A stretch of 64,000 bases of DNA from Lama guanicoe (Eukaryota), in NCBI GenBank assembly GCA_013239625.1, contig MU054391.1:8899095-8963094 (forward strand), in the 5' to 3' direction. Every line of letters starts with the position of its first letter. Within the stretch, counting starts at the first letter, position 1. Of the stretch, positions 14,093 to 26,509 are shown piece by piece. The notes beneath the pieces are model-generated. The model was not told the origin of the DNA. It saw only the letters and a list, made by a program, of their open reading frames with translations, and searched no databases. A program made the translations under genes and the position numbers.

Positions 14093-15439
14093 AAATTAGT
14101 GGTATGAGTGCCCTTGTCTCATAGAATATTAAGTCTGAAAGGATCTTAGATGTTGCCTTCCCCAACTCCTAATTTATTTTGACTGGAAAATCAAAGCCTA
14201 GATAGAAATTATAAAGTATACAAGGTCAAATAAATTTAGGTTTCTGTTGTGTTCAGCTGGTCACCAATTGCTTTGGAGTGTTAACACGTAATTTTAGCCC
14301 TGAAAGTGGCTACTTGATGTCCTGGACACAACATCTGAAAGAACATCTTGGGTCAAGAGCCAAGCCTTGGATCATTCAGTTGTGGCTAGCATGGGGCTGC
14401 GTAGCATCACAATAGCTTACGCTGGATATAGTGGAGGAAAGGACAGTTCCCAGTAGAACCACTCTGCCCTTGGAGAAGGGAGGCGGTGTTGGAGACAGAG
14501 AACCATAGACATCTCTCAAGCTTTGGCAAATGTGATTTCCTTAGTTGGCACCAGTTGGCAGTGATTAAAAGCTTATACTCCTGTAATTACTCTGTGAACT
14601 CTTATAGTGGTTAAACTCACCGAGTTATTTGTACATTGGTACTCAGCGTGGCCCGTAAGGGTAATGGAATTCAGTGTTCTTTCATTTTTAGCAAGACCTC
14701 AGAAGATTTTTATCCTCTGACCTTAAAGACCAAATAACCCTAGAACTGGCATTGTATAATGGGTGATACATACACACACACACACACACCCCTCTATCTA
14801 ATATCATCCATGTCTATGTCTATCTATAAAACTATATGAATAGAACCTTTTAAATGTAAGTGCTTCTATACCCTATTTCATAAGGGTCCCATAAGCTTTT
14901 TTATACTTTTATTTGAGGATTTAGAAAATGTACCGTGATGTATTCTTTTAATTAAAGAATTTAGAAAGATAATGAAAGGTTTATTTTGAAAATCAGTGTC
15001 CAGACTGTAGCAGAAATTAAACATAGCTCACTAGGTTATCTTTTTGTGTGGACATGCACCTAGAGGTGCAAACAGATATGACTATGTGCCTGCAACGTTT
15101 AATTACCAGTTTCAGCTCCACAGAGTACTTCTGATGCGTAGTAGTAACTGGGCTAATAAATCTTGTGGCCTAGATATTGCTTTTGTTTGCTTTCTTGCTT
15201 GTTTGGTTTTGTGGGTTTCCGTACCATCTTCCTTTTTGTTTCAGATCCCCTCTGGTCCACACGAAATGGTTCTTCTTTCTCTAAAGCTCATGTAGTAATT
15301 GCAGAGAATGCAAAATTTCTCTTCACATGCATAAAGTAGCATTTTCTCCCTCATTCAAGACCTTGGTCAGCTCTGTGTGAATACTGAAGGTGGGAATGGG
15401 CCCCGGTCCTGAACAGGGTGTGCTGGTGGGCGTGTGCAC

Positions 15440-15900
15440 CCGTGAGGGTGTAGCGGAGGCCTCAGAGAGGGTTCTGGGAGTAAATGACTTCCACACTGAG
15501 TGATAGGTAGTATTCAGCAGATAAGGAGAGTAAGGAATGGTGGTCCGGGCGGCAGAAATAACACACACAAAGGTCCTGGGTGAAAAGGAGCACGTCCAGT
15601 AAGTAGTAAGAGGCTCAAACATATGAGTCCAAACATCACGAGATAAATCTTGGTTACATATAAATATTCTGGGTTCATCGTATTTGCAGAGTAATCTAAG
15701 CTAAGGTGAAAATGAAGAGGATTTGGAGTGGAATTCTGAGAACACCAAAATGTAAAGGATAGTCAAAAAAACCAAAAATGTAGAAATTCACAAAACTCTG
15801 ATCTGAAGAATTCTAAGGAAAGGTCTGTTTCCCGCAGAAGGGAGTTGTCAACAGGGTCACATTCACCAAGAGGTAAAAGGTCAGGATTGAGAAACTTCAG
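15440..15900 (-). mobile_element. L2 fragments
   Basis: Antisense L2 pattern 'ggcctcagagagggttctgg...' and 'gagttgtcaacagggtcac...aggtcaggattgagaa'. Confidence 0.45.
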
Positions 15901-16319
15901 ATATAAAAAAAAGACCTTGATTATTTCATGTCTCCTCCTGTTTCTCTTTCTCCTGGCTTTGTAGGAATATTTAAAGATGGACTGCTCTTGCCAGATTGGT
16001 TTTATAATCTGATCCTCTCCAAATATAAATTAAATAATCAGGCGATGCCCTGGAAACTACTTTTTGGGTTATTGTTAATAATGTATACTAATAATTATGG
16101 TAATAATAAAACAAATAGCTATGACTTAATGAGCATTTACCATGAGACAGATATCCTCAGTGCCTAAAGAGAATGATCAGAAATCCTTGCAACAACTTTA
16201 TATTTTAAAGATCAAGAAACTAATGAATTTCTAAACTTCATGCAGCTGTAGATTCACGGGTCTATGATTTAAATTTAGGTCTTTTTGATCCTCAAGGGCT
16301 TAGTCCTTGGAACTTCTCA

Positions 16320-17170
16320 CTCTTTTCCCTTCTTTTTTATATCCTCTTATTAGTGATCTTAACCTCTGTCTTGGTTTTCAGTACAATCTATAAACAACAA
16401 CTTCCAAATTCATATCTTTAGCCCAGACCTATCTCTTGAGCTACCTATGCGTTTATCCAGTTACTCATTTGGCATCTCTAGTTGGGTGTCCTAAAGAGAT
16501 AAAGTACAGAAACTTCACATACCTAAAGCTGAACTTCTGACTTTGCTTCCTTTAAAGCTACTCACAGTCTTCTCCACTTAAACTGGTGGCAACTTCATCC
16601 TTCTGTTTGGCCATGATAAAACCCTTGCAGTCAATTCTTACTCTTCTTTCTTTCATACCCAAAATAAAGTCCATGATTTTAGTAAAGTCTTCCCTGAAAG
16701 CATATTCAGAACCCAGCCACCTCTCCCCATCCCCACTGTTCTCATCTGATCCTCCAGCATCATTTCTTACCTGAAAACATAGCAGAACCATAGTAGTCTC
16801 CTCTTTCCACCCATCTAGCCCTACACTGTATTCTCAACTTAGCCACCACAGAAATTTTTTAAAAATATATGTTTAAATATGACATTTTTCAATTCAAAAG
16901 TCTCCAGGGGTTTGTCATATCTCTCAGAATAAAAGCTGAGGTCCTTAAAATCATCTACAAGACCTTGTATGAAATGATAATCTTCCAACTCCCTTTCCAA
17001 CTTCATCTCATCTGTTACTCTCACCGTTGTTCACTACTCTCTTTGCTGCCCTCCTGGGCTCTGCTGTTCTTTGAACACCAAGCATGCTTCTCCTTTAAGG
17101 CCTTGGCACTGGCTGTTCTCTCTGTCTGGAAAGCTCTTCTTACAGATACGCATAACTATCTTTCTCAATA
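16320..17170 (+). mobile_element. L2 LINE (long fragment)
   Basis: 'cttccaaattcatatctttagcccagacctatctc', 'cttgcagtcaattcttactcttc', 'cagaataaaagctgaggtcctta' and 'ggccttggcactggctgttctctctgtctggaa'. Explains ORFs 16558-17285. Confidence 0.85.
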
Positions 17171-17569
17171 TCTTTACACTTTTATTAAGATTCTCCTTTT
17201 AAATGTCAACTTTGAGCAACAAGATGAAGAAGCAATTAAGAAAACGATCACTTTTATATTCCATTTCATTTTCATTGCATCGTAGACTCATCCTGAAGTT
17301 CAAAGCAGTCCATAAGTGAATGAATCAAATAGAGTCCTGCATGCATGTTACTTGTGTGCATTTAACCTACGTGACAATGTAAAACAAAATACCGTTCTTA
17401 ATGATGGAAGTGAGCATGAGTGTGATTTGAGAGGGTATTCAGAGCTCAATTCTTTTGCTCTTGCAATTGAAGAGATTACACCGTCAGTTTGGAACTGAAC
17501 ACATAATGAGAACCCAAGAACAATCAGGCAGCAGGCTCAGGGGAGACTGAAAGTTCATCAGCTTCTCTT

Positions 17570-17920
17570 TTATTTGACAAATATTGTTAGGCTAACACTC
17601 TGTGCTAGATACTGGAGTTGATTATAGAGTGGTAAAATAATCTGCCTATTGAAAGAGCCAAGAGTTCGAGAGGGATTCAGAGGAGAAAATAAATAAGACC
17701 TAAGGTAGAGTGAGCCATGAAGAAAGGCATGATCAATTTGACCTGGGTGTGAGCTGAGAGCGAGGGAAAGTAAATGATGTTAGGAAAGACATCATAGAGA
17801 AAGTGACATAATATGACTCTTGAGAGATATGCAAGAACTTTATAAGTAGGTGAACAGAGGGAGAGCTATCCAGGGAAAGGAGAATCATAATAAAAAAAAA
17901 TATGGAGACTTGAGAATATC
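17570..17920 (-). mobile_element. L2 fragment
   Basis: 'tttatttgacaaatattgttaggctaacactctgtgctagatactgg' is an antisense L2 3' end. Confidence 0.6.
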
Positions 17921-20299
17921 TGTCCTAAGTTCAGATGATATAATTAAATTCCCAAATTATCCTCATCCCTCCCCCCATAATACATATAACTAAAAATTTA
18001 AGTGATCCTTTCTTTTGGGAACTTGGCAACTTTATGAATTTGTAATGATTAAAAGCTATCTCAAGTCATTTATAAAACTTTCAAGAGGAATTTGGGAACC
18101 ACACATTCTTCACCACAAGCATTGCTGTTCTACATGGCTTCCTTATACTACGAAATGTCATCATTGTAGTTTCCCTGGTCATGAATATCTCTGAGATCTT
18201 AACGAAAGCAAGACTTCATCCTTTCCTTTTGGTTGCTGTATACAGGATGGCGCAAAAGGCTCAACATAGCCACTCAACGAGTGGGAAACCCCATACTAAT
18301 GTAAAAATCTGTGAGTTTCTTGGTCTAGATTCCAGTGGTCTTCCCAAGGGATCTTAGAGTGAAGTAATTCATAGTTCACAGTGCTCTATTTTATAACTGA
18401 ATGGACCCAATTTTATATATTTTACATGATACATCCTCCTATTTAGAAAGAACACCAAGGCTATTATTTACGTCAAAGAAAGTGATCCCTATATTTTCTG
18501 TGGCTCTCATCATTCTATTAGTCAGAGCAAGCCCATATTGATGGGGGATTTGTGTGAGTAGCCTAAATCTGCTTGAAGGTATATATGGTCTATTTCTCCA
18601 AATCCCTAGGCTTCAAACTGGAAGTTGATTTTGCTTTTTCTCCCTTCCTTTACTTTTCTAAATAAAACTCAAGATTTCTTTCCCCCTTTCCTGAATTGTT
18701 TGTTCTCAGACAGTGCAATTCTTGGAATGCTGCATAAGGTTGAGCAGGTATGATAGCCAAAGTGGAAGATGACAACATTTAATATGATTTGCTGTCATTT
18801 GGAATGTTAATACCAGCTAAATATTAATTTAAAAGCACCACCAGCACCTCATCTCCACAAAATAAAAAACCCAAAGAAACACAAAAGCAAGAAAAGAAAA
18901 CAAAAACAAACAAAAAACACCTGTTGAAATTCGAGGACCATAAAGATCAAAAGTAGTGAAGGTTTAACTATGGTGAAGTAGAAGTAGGAAGGACTGCCTT
19001 TGGAATCAGAAGATGTAGTTGACCTCTTAGCATTCTTGCCTTCTTTTGAGTACAAGTCTTCAGTCTCAGTTTTCTAAAATTAAAAATAGGTCTGATTCTC
19101 AATTATTTCTTGTACCCATTAAATAAAGTACATGAAAAAACCAATGGCCTTTGATGTGATAGTTGGAACTTGACATATTTTGTTCTACTTTTTAAATGGT
19201 CCCATTGTAAGATCTCTAGATAGGAAAGTGTGAAATCTTTTATGAATTCTCATCTCTCTTTTTGAGGAATTTTATCCTCTAGCATACTCTTAGGGTAGTT
19301 AAAACACCTTTGAGTATATAATTGTCCTTTATTATGTCCATTGATTCTATTTGTGTGCAGTCTTCTAAACAATTGTTATGAAATAATTTTCCTTCCTAAT
19401 TTGTGCTATGCTATAGGCTTGGGAAAAAAGCAGGATAATTATTTTAATACCAAAAGACCAATCAGACAGGAGAAAAACCAGATAAAAAATTAAGAGAATT
19501 GTATTTATGAACAGCAACATCCAAAGTTATTAGAAGTGGTCAGTAAGAAAGGAGTAGGCTTAGTAATAATGAAGTCCATTTTCACTTGAATATGAAAAAT
19601 AATGAAGAGTGTGTAGAGTGTGGACTATTTAGCTATATGTAAGTAGTATTTTTTATAATTTCCTTAGATATATCTTCTGTTCTTAGAATAATGCCTATAA
19701 CAAAGTAAGCACTTAATAAATATTTGTTGGATAACTTAATAAGTGAATAACATTTGAAGTGCTGAAGTATAAATGCAAAAGTATATTTTTATAATTACAA
19801 AAGCAAGATTTTCATTATAAAATGTTTGCATATACATCAAACATAAGTAAATGAATAAAATTACCATTGACCTATCTGTATTTGAATTTTATTTCAATAG
19901 ATTATAGATTATTCTCTATATTATCAAGGAGTCTATAAAGTTGATCACAGATAAAGCCATTACTAATATAAGGCCATAAAATTTCATTTGATTGTTGTAT
20001 TAATTATAGTGATTATTGCTAATTGTAATGATTGTATTTCCTTGAAAGTTGAGATTTTATGTTAAACAAAAATTTAGTCACAATAAAACATGGAGCCATT
20101 CACATTTTAAAAATGCAATTAAATGTTTAGAAACTTCCAGAAGACTCCAATCCAAAATGTTAATCATAGTTTTCACTAGGGAGAAGAGGGGGATTGGAAA
20201 GCTAATAGAATGAAATGTTTGTCCACTTTTTACTTTCTGGTGTAAGATTAACTTTTACACTCTTACAATTATAGTTCCATGTAAAATATAGGCTTATAA

Positions 20300-22785
20300 A
20301 TAAAAATCAAGGGCTAGGTATTTACAAAGAGTCATTAAATAGACAAGTCTTTTTCAGTCTGATAAAAGGGAAAAAAGAGGAAAACAGTAAAAATTATTAG
20401 TAACAAATAATGAATGTAATCACAGGAATATAATGTATTTAAAAATTTGTGACAGAACATTTTGTGCCATATGCATAAATACTTTTAAAAATCATAATAA
20501 AAGGTAACATTGCCATAAAAAATATAAAATTTAATTCAAGAAGAGGTAAAAAACTAAACAGACCAATAACCATTTAGAAAATGAAAAAATAAAGGCAGGC
20601 AAAGACTTGACACACAAAAGAAAACTAGGCTCAAATTATTTCACTAGCAAGGTTTATCAATTTATTTGTTAACAGATAACTTATAAGCTGTCTTAATTGT
20701 TAACCAGCAAAGGAGACATGAATCTATTTTTCAATGGAGATTTTTCATTTATTCTAGGAAACTGGCAAGATCATTATTCTTAAAAAAGCAAATCAATCAC
20801 ATATAGAAAAATAAAAATAAATTTTATTCAAGAATATAGATACAAAGATCCAAAAAATATTATCAAGAATTACATGTTTAAAGTGCACCATGATTAAGTC
20901 AATTTGTTCAAGAGGATACGAATCAGGAAAACTATTGATGTAATGCTCTATTTGAAAAATCTGAAAATTGTAATTAAATGATAGTCATATATGTAAAAAG
21001 GCATCTGATAAGATTCAACACTGATTTAAAAAATATTTTAAAAAACCATTGGCAAACTAAAATAAGAGAAACTGCCTCACCTGGTAAAGAATATCTATAA
21101 TAATACTAGAGGGATTTATAATTAACAATAAAACTCAACTGCTGTGTTTGCTACCATTTACTCAGTATTGCACTGGAGGATCTAATTAAAGTACAGGTAA
21201 AAAAAATAAATATGAACTATAAATAATGGAAAGGATTTGAGACCTTGCTGTGAATTGCAGGCAATGTGATTTTCTACACCAGAAATTCAAAAAAATCAAA
21301 AACTTTTAAAACTAATAACCTGGTTTACTTGTTTGACAGGACACAAATCAGTATACACAAATCAATAGTCTTCCTTTAACACAGCAACATCCAGTTCAAA
21401 AATATAAATGAAAGATGGTTATGGGCATAATAACAGCAAAAGCTGTAAAATACCTAGGAATAAACCTAATAAAAAATAAAGAAGGGTTTTAAATTACTTA
21501 TAAATCTTTACTTTGGGAGGTCAAAGAACAATAAGTAAAAGGGGAAACATGATATGTTCCTGAATGAGAATACTTGATATATTAAATAAGTTCTCAAATT
21601 ATCCTACAAACTCTTAATATAATCCCAATTAAAATCAAATGATTTTCTAATAAATTTTGATAAGCTGATAAAAAGATTATCTGAAAAATCAATATATCAT
21701 AAATGCAAAGAAAATTTTTGAGAAACAAATAAAAGGAATTTGCTTTTCAGATTTCAATGCAACAAAAATTAGGCTAATTAAAACTAAAAATACATACTGT
21801 TTCTTTCTCTTATGTATATAATATTATGTATGTAAGAATAGAAAGATGATAAATAATTAAATATGTAAGATAAAGTTGGCATTCCAAATCTAGGGGGAAA
21901 GATGATCTATTTGATAAATTACTTCTAGATATTTGCTATCACTTAGAATACCATAAATATATATCCTAACTTCATACCAAAAATTAATAATATCAGATAG
22001 ATTGAATAACTGTATGTGAAAATAAATAAGAAAACAGATCCCTTGGAATTATAAAAAGAAAATATATAATAATATTTTTATAATTTTGGAATGGGGAAGA
22101 TTTTCCTATGCAGGACCTAAGTCTGTTATCTCTAAAGAAAAATACTGACCTGAAGTTAGAAAAACATAAAAGCTTTTATACAGCAAAAGTCATGATAATA
22201 AATGTTAAAAGACAAGTGAAAAATTGTACAAAAATATTTAACAAAGAAATAATATCTGGAATAAAAAGTTTAAACAAATTGATATGTTAAAACTAACAGA
22301 AAAATGGGCAAAAAATATGAACAGGCAATTCTAAGAAGACAAAAATACAAACATGAAAAATAGTCCATTTCTGTGGTTAAAAAAAAATTCAAGTTAAATG
22401 ACAGGGAAAATTTCATGGGATATCATATTCTGTCAACTTGATTCCTAAGGAAAAAAAGCTTAAAAAATCAAGTGTAGATAAAGGTATGAAAAATGTGATT
22501 TATTTCCAAACTTTTGTGATAATCTAAATGAGTGAATCCTATTTGGAAGTTCAGTTGTTATGTACAATAATTTAAAATAATGCGTATTTTAAAAAATATT
22601 GTTACATACATTTTGTTTTTTGCTACAGCATCATGTATTATAACAAACTTTGGAAACAATCCATATGTCCCCCAATGGAAGTTGTTTAACTTAATTGTAA
22701 TATATCCTTACTCTGCAGAGGTTGAGAAAAATAAAGTAGTTCTGTATGTACCGACATAGAAAGCTCACCACACAGATTAGTCTGG
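20300..22785 (+). mobile_element. Ancient L1M ORF2 relic (RT domain to 3' end)
   Basis: A-rich sense L1 motifs 'aaacagaccaataacc', 'ggcatctgataagattcaacac', 'aaatcaatagtcttcct', 'aaatacctaggaataaacctaa' and 'gaaaaatgggcaaaaaatatgaacaggcaattc'. Confidence 0.85.
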
Positions 22786-22799
22786 GCAAATTATTCTGC

Positions 22800-23100
22800 T
22801 TTTTGTTTTGTTTTGTTTTTTCTCCTTTTTCAGTTTTATTAGGTAGAATTATTACAGTTCGACTCTACGTATGCATTATATTGCATGTCAATACATATGT
22901 ACAGTATACTGCACTTTTTTTTAATTTACATATATGTACTAATTATTGTTTCTAAGAACAGATTAGATCTTTAGCTTTTTAAACTTACATAGTTATCAGG
23001 GGAATAAAGCCAACTACAAAATAAGAATCAACAGAATGCAGTAATCCAATCATAAAGGACAGTCAAATGTGCTTACATATACTCAAGAAATCAAAATAAT
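22800..23100 (-). pseudogene. Putative retrocopied mRNA 3' end with AATAAA and degenerate poly(A); source gene unidentified
   Basis: Non-repeat-like AU-rich sequence with minus-strand AATAAA (22835-22840) followed by an A-rich tail (~22800-22825). Shares an apparent TSD with the adjoining L1 piece. Confidence 0.5.
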
Positions 23101-23429
23101 AATTAGTTCATTTGTGTCATTATTATCATTGTTATTATTTTTTAGGTTCCTCATATAAATGATGTCATATGGCATTTTTCTTTTTCTTTCCAGCCCACTT
23201 CACTTAGAATGACAATCTTCAGGTCCATCCATATTGCTGCAAATGGCATTATTTTATTCTTTTTTATGGCCAAGTAGTGTTCCATTGTATATGTGTACCA
23301 CATCTTCTTTATCCAGTCACCTGTTGATGGACATTTGGGTTGTTTCTATGTCTTGGCTATTGTAAATAGTGCTGTTGTGAACGTTGAAGTGCAAGTGCCT
23401 TTTCGAATTCTATTTTTCTCCGGATATAT
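23101..23429 (-). mobile_element. L1 fragment (ORF2 end and proximal 3' UTR) lacking its own 3' terminus
   Basis: Highly similar to 24340-24640 ('cacttagaatgacaatc...ggtccatccat...gctgcaaatggcattattttattc'). Confidence 0.9.
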
Positions 23430-24020
23430 TCTCTTTTTTAATTAACTAGTTAACTTTTGTTCTAAATGGTTTTTTAATCGAACTTATTGTACTCTATACC
23501 CAGTTTGAGATAATATCAGTTGGTTTTCATATGTTAGTTGAGGAATTAACTTTTACTTTCACTTCTTTCATTTTTCACCCATTTTAACTCTTTCACCATT
23601 ACCCAGAATTTTGTTGATATAACCTAGGATTTGAGACCCATATTGTTAACATTAATATTAGGTACCAATATTTTTAAACCATATTTCCAATAATTGTTTG
23701 TAGTTAACTCTGCTCAGTCAGTTTCTGTAGTATCTTTCCACCAGTCTTTTTTGTTTCTTGTCTTTGAACTCTGGTTTTCCATTCTTTATTTATTTATTTT
23801 TTATTCAACATCCAGTTAACTAATTTCATTTTGATTTAATACTTTGTGACTTGATTCTTAGAGATATAATAACTGAGCATTTCCATATCTGTGGCATTTT
23901 GTTCTATTTCTTTTCCTCACTATAGAATTTTTAGTGTACAAACATTTTTTTCTTAAGAACTCTGTAAATGTTTTTTCTCCTTGTCTCATGTTTAGGAAGA
24001 GAAGCCTGGAGCTAACTACA

Positions 24021-24979
24021 TTTTTTTTATATACATATTTTTTATTGAAGTATAGTCAGTTTATAATATTGTGTCAATTTCTGGTATACAGCACAATGCT
24101 TCCATCATACATGAACATACATATATTTGTTTTCATATTCTTTTCCACCATGAGTTACTATAAGATACTGAATATAGTTCCCTGTGCAATACAGTATGAA
24201 CTTCTTATCTATTTTATATATATTAGTTAGTACCTGCAAATCTCAGACTCCCAATTTATTCCTTCCCACCCCCTTCCCCACCAGTAACTGTAAGTTTGTT
24301 TTCTACATCTATGAGTCTATTTCTGTTTTGTAAACAAGCTTATTTGCCCTTTTTTTTAGATTCCACATATGAGTGATGTCATATGGTATTTTTCTTTCTC
24401 TTTCTGGCTTACTTCACTTAGAATGACAATCTCCAGGTCCATCCATGTTGCTGCAAATGGCATTATTTTATTCATTTTTATGGCTGAGTAGTATTCCATT
24501 GTATAAATATACTACTGCTTCTTTATCCAGTCATCTGTTGATGGACATTTAGGTTGTTTCCATGTCTTGGCTATTGTAAACAGTGCTGCTATGAACACTT
24601 GGGTGCATGTATCTTTTTGAATTAGAGCTCCCTCTGGATGTATGCCCAGGAGTGGGATTGCTGGATTATGTGATAAGTCTATTTTTAGGCTTTTGAGGAA
24701 TCTCCATACTGTTTTCCATAACGGTTGCACCAAACTACATTCTCACCAACAGTTTAGGAGGGTTCCCTTTTCTCCACACCTTCTCCAGCATTTATCGTTT
24801 GTGGACTCTTGAATGATTGCCATTCTGACTGGTGTGAGGTGATACCTCATTGTAGTTTTGATTTGCATTTCTCTGGTAATTAGCAATATTGAGCATTTTT
24901 TCATGTGCCTATTGGCCATTTGTATCTCTTCCTTGGAGAATTTCTTGTTTAGGTCTTCTGCCCATTTTTGGATTGGTTG
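24021..24979 (-). mobile_element. L1 LINE, 5'-truncated, relatively young (ORF2 Cys domain plus 3' UTR)
   Basis: ORFs 24743-24982 (KWAEDLN...[11 protein letters not shown]...[15 protein letters not shown]) and 24512-24733 ([12 protein letters not shown]...KTWKQPKCPSTDDWIKK) are the L1 ORF2 C-terminus. Poly-T tail at 24021. Confidence 0.97.
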
Positions 24980-25746
24980 CACACACCAGGGGATCCAGTA
25001 ACAGTTTGATTGGTCCTGATTATGTCAGACTCCTCCTAAGACAAAGCAAGCAAGCTAAAACAGGGATTAAGATATTGCCTAGGGTGGTTGGGTCCAGCTT
25101 TCCAGGGGAAATAGAGTTGTTGCTAATTTATGGGGGTAACAAAGAGTATGAATGATATACAAAGAATCTCCTGGAACACAGAACACTTTCTAGTATTACT
25201 GGCATTAAGAGTTAGTGGTAAACAACTTCAGTCATATTTTGTTAGGACCCCAAGTTTCCAGACCCATTGGGCATAAAGATTTTAGTCATTAAACTGCAGG
25301 TTGTCTCTGAAGAAACAAAGTATTGGCTGAACTTGAAAAATACAGGAGGAGGATATATGAAGAGAAAAGTCATGAATATCAATTACAATATAGTGAACAG
25401 TTGCAGACTTAAGTACTATGGCATTATCTATATTTCCTTCTGTTATGGGTTAATTACATAGCTATATAATTTAACTGATGTCTTGTTTTTCGTTCACCTC
25501 CCTCCAACTATTTGATAAAAACATATGAGGGTGATACTTACCAGATATTGTGGTAAAATCACAAAGAACTACCTATAGGAGAAATAGATATTGCCAGGAT
25601 ATGCTGAACTTGCAGATATTGTTCTAACCGATGACAATTTTGAGATATCTTTCCTTGTGGAGCCATTTTATCAGGGGTAAGCATTTTTCTTAATTGTAGA
25701 TTGGAAAGAAGCATGTGTTTGAATCTTTTTCACTAAAGGAGGGAAC
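24980..25746 (+). mobile_element. ERVL internal fragment with dUTPase relic and polypurine tract
   Basis: Translation QAKTGIKILPRVVGSSFPGEIELLLIYGGNKEY resembles ERVL dUTPase motif 3 (QAKKGITVLAGVIDPDYQGEIGLLLHNGGKEEY). Purine tract aaaggagggaac at 25735-25746. Confidence 0.7.
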
Positions 25747-25747
25747 A

Positions 25748-26224
25748 GTATTGACATTTGTCAATTTAACCTCTCAGTGTCAAACATCCTTCCTATCTCA
25801 GTTGAAGCTCTAAATAGATGGGAGTGAGAAGCTGAAAGAGGAAAGATATTTACTCTCCCTTCTTCCTGACAGAGCAGGGGTCCATGACTCAACCACGATC
25901 AATCACTTGCTCCCACCCAAGAGTTGAATTTTGAGAAAATGACACAGAGGTGTGGAGTCGGTCAGAGGTTATCTTCAGCAGCTCTGGTGGAGTCAAGAAC
26001 TCAGTGATGGGACAGTGAGTATCCAGAGGCAGCGAATGCATTCCAAATGCTGTGATCTGGGGCGTGATCTTGGCTCTGCTTTTCCTCCCTCATTTCAAGC
26101 TTGAAACTGAGACACCAGCCTTCTAGTCAGTTTTGTGAGCCACCTGGTTTCTTTTCAGTAAATTCCTTTTTTGCTTGTTAGCCATCAAATTCTATTATTT
26201 GACACCAAGTTTTCTGCCTCATCA
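25748..26224 (+). mobile_element. ERVL LTR (LTR33/LTR16-like), 3' LTR of the element above
   Basis: Follows the PPT. The 3' end 'gtgagccacc...cttttcagtaaattcctttttgctt...ttgacaccaag' is typical of LTR16/LTR33. Confidence 0.65.
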
Positions 26225-26509
26225 ATGGATCTGGTTGGCAAAAGTCTTGAGAGTGACAAATGTATAGAAAACCAGGGTCACTGTCAGTAGCTTGCAAAAA
26301 GCCTGGGTCTAGAGTTCAAGAGTAGATGATTTATTCTTAGAACTTAAGAACAAAGAACAGCTTAATAAACTCAGAATGAGGCCACTGGTTTCCAGGCCAA
26401 GGATTATGCAGTAAGAGAGGAGAGAGCAAGACATGAATAACTAGAAGGTGTCTGCCATTATGTTACATGAAGATCTTCACATTGATTACATTTGATCATT
26501 CCTTTAATT

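Noticed and set aside
16869..17285. 138-aa ORF
   Set aside because: Lies mostly within L2 sequence and has no recognisable domain.
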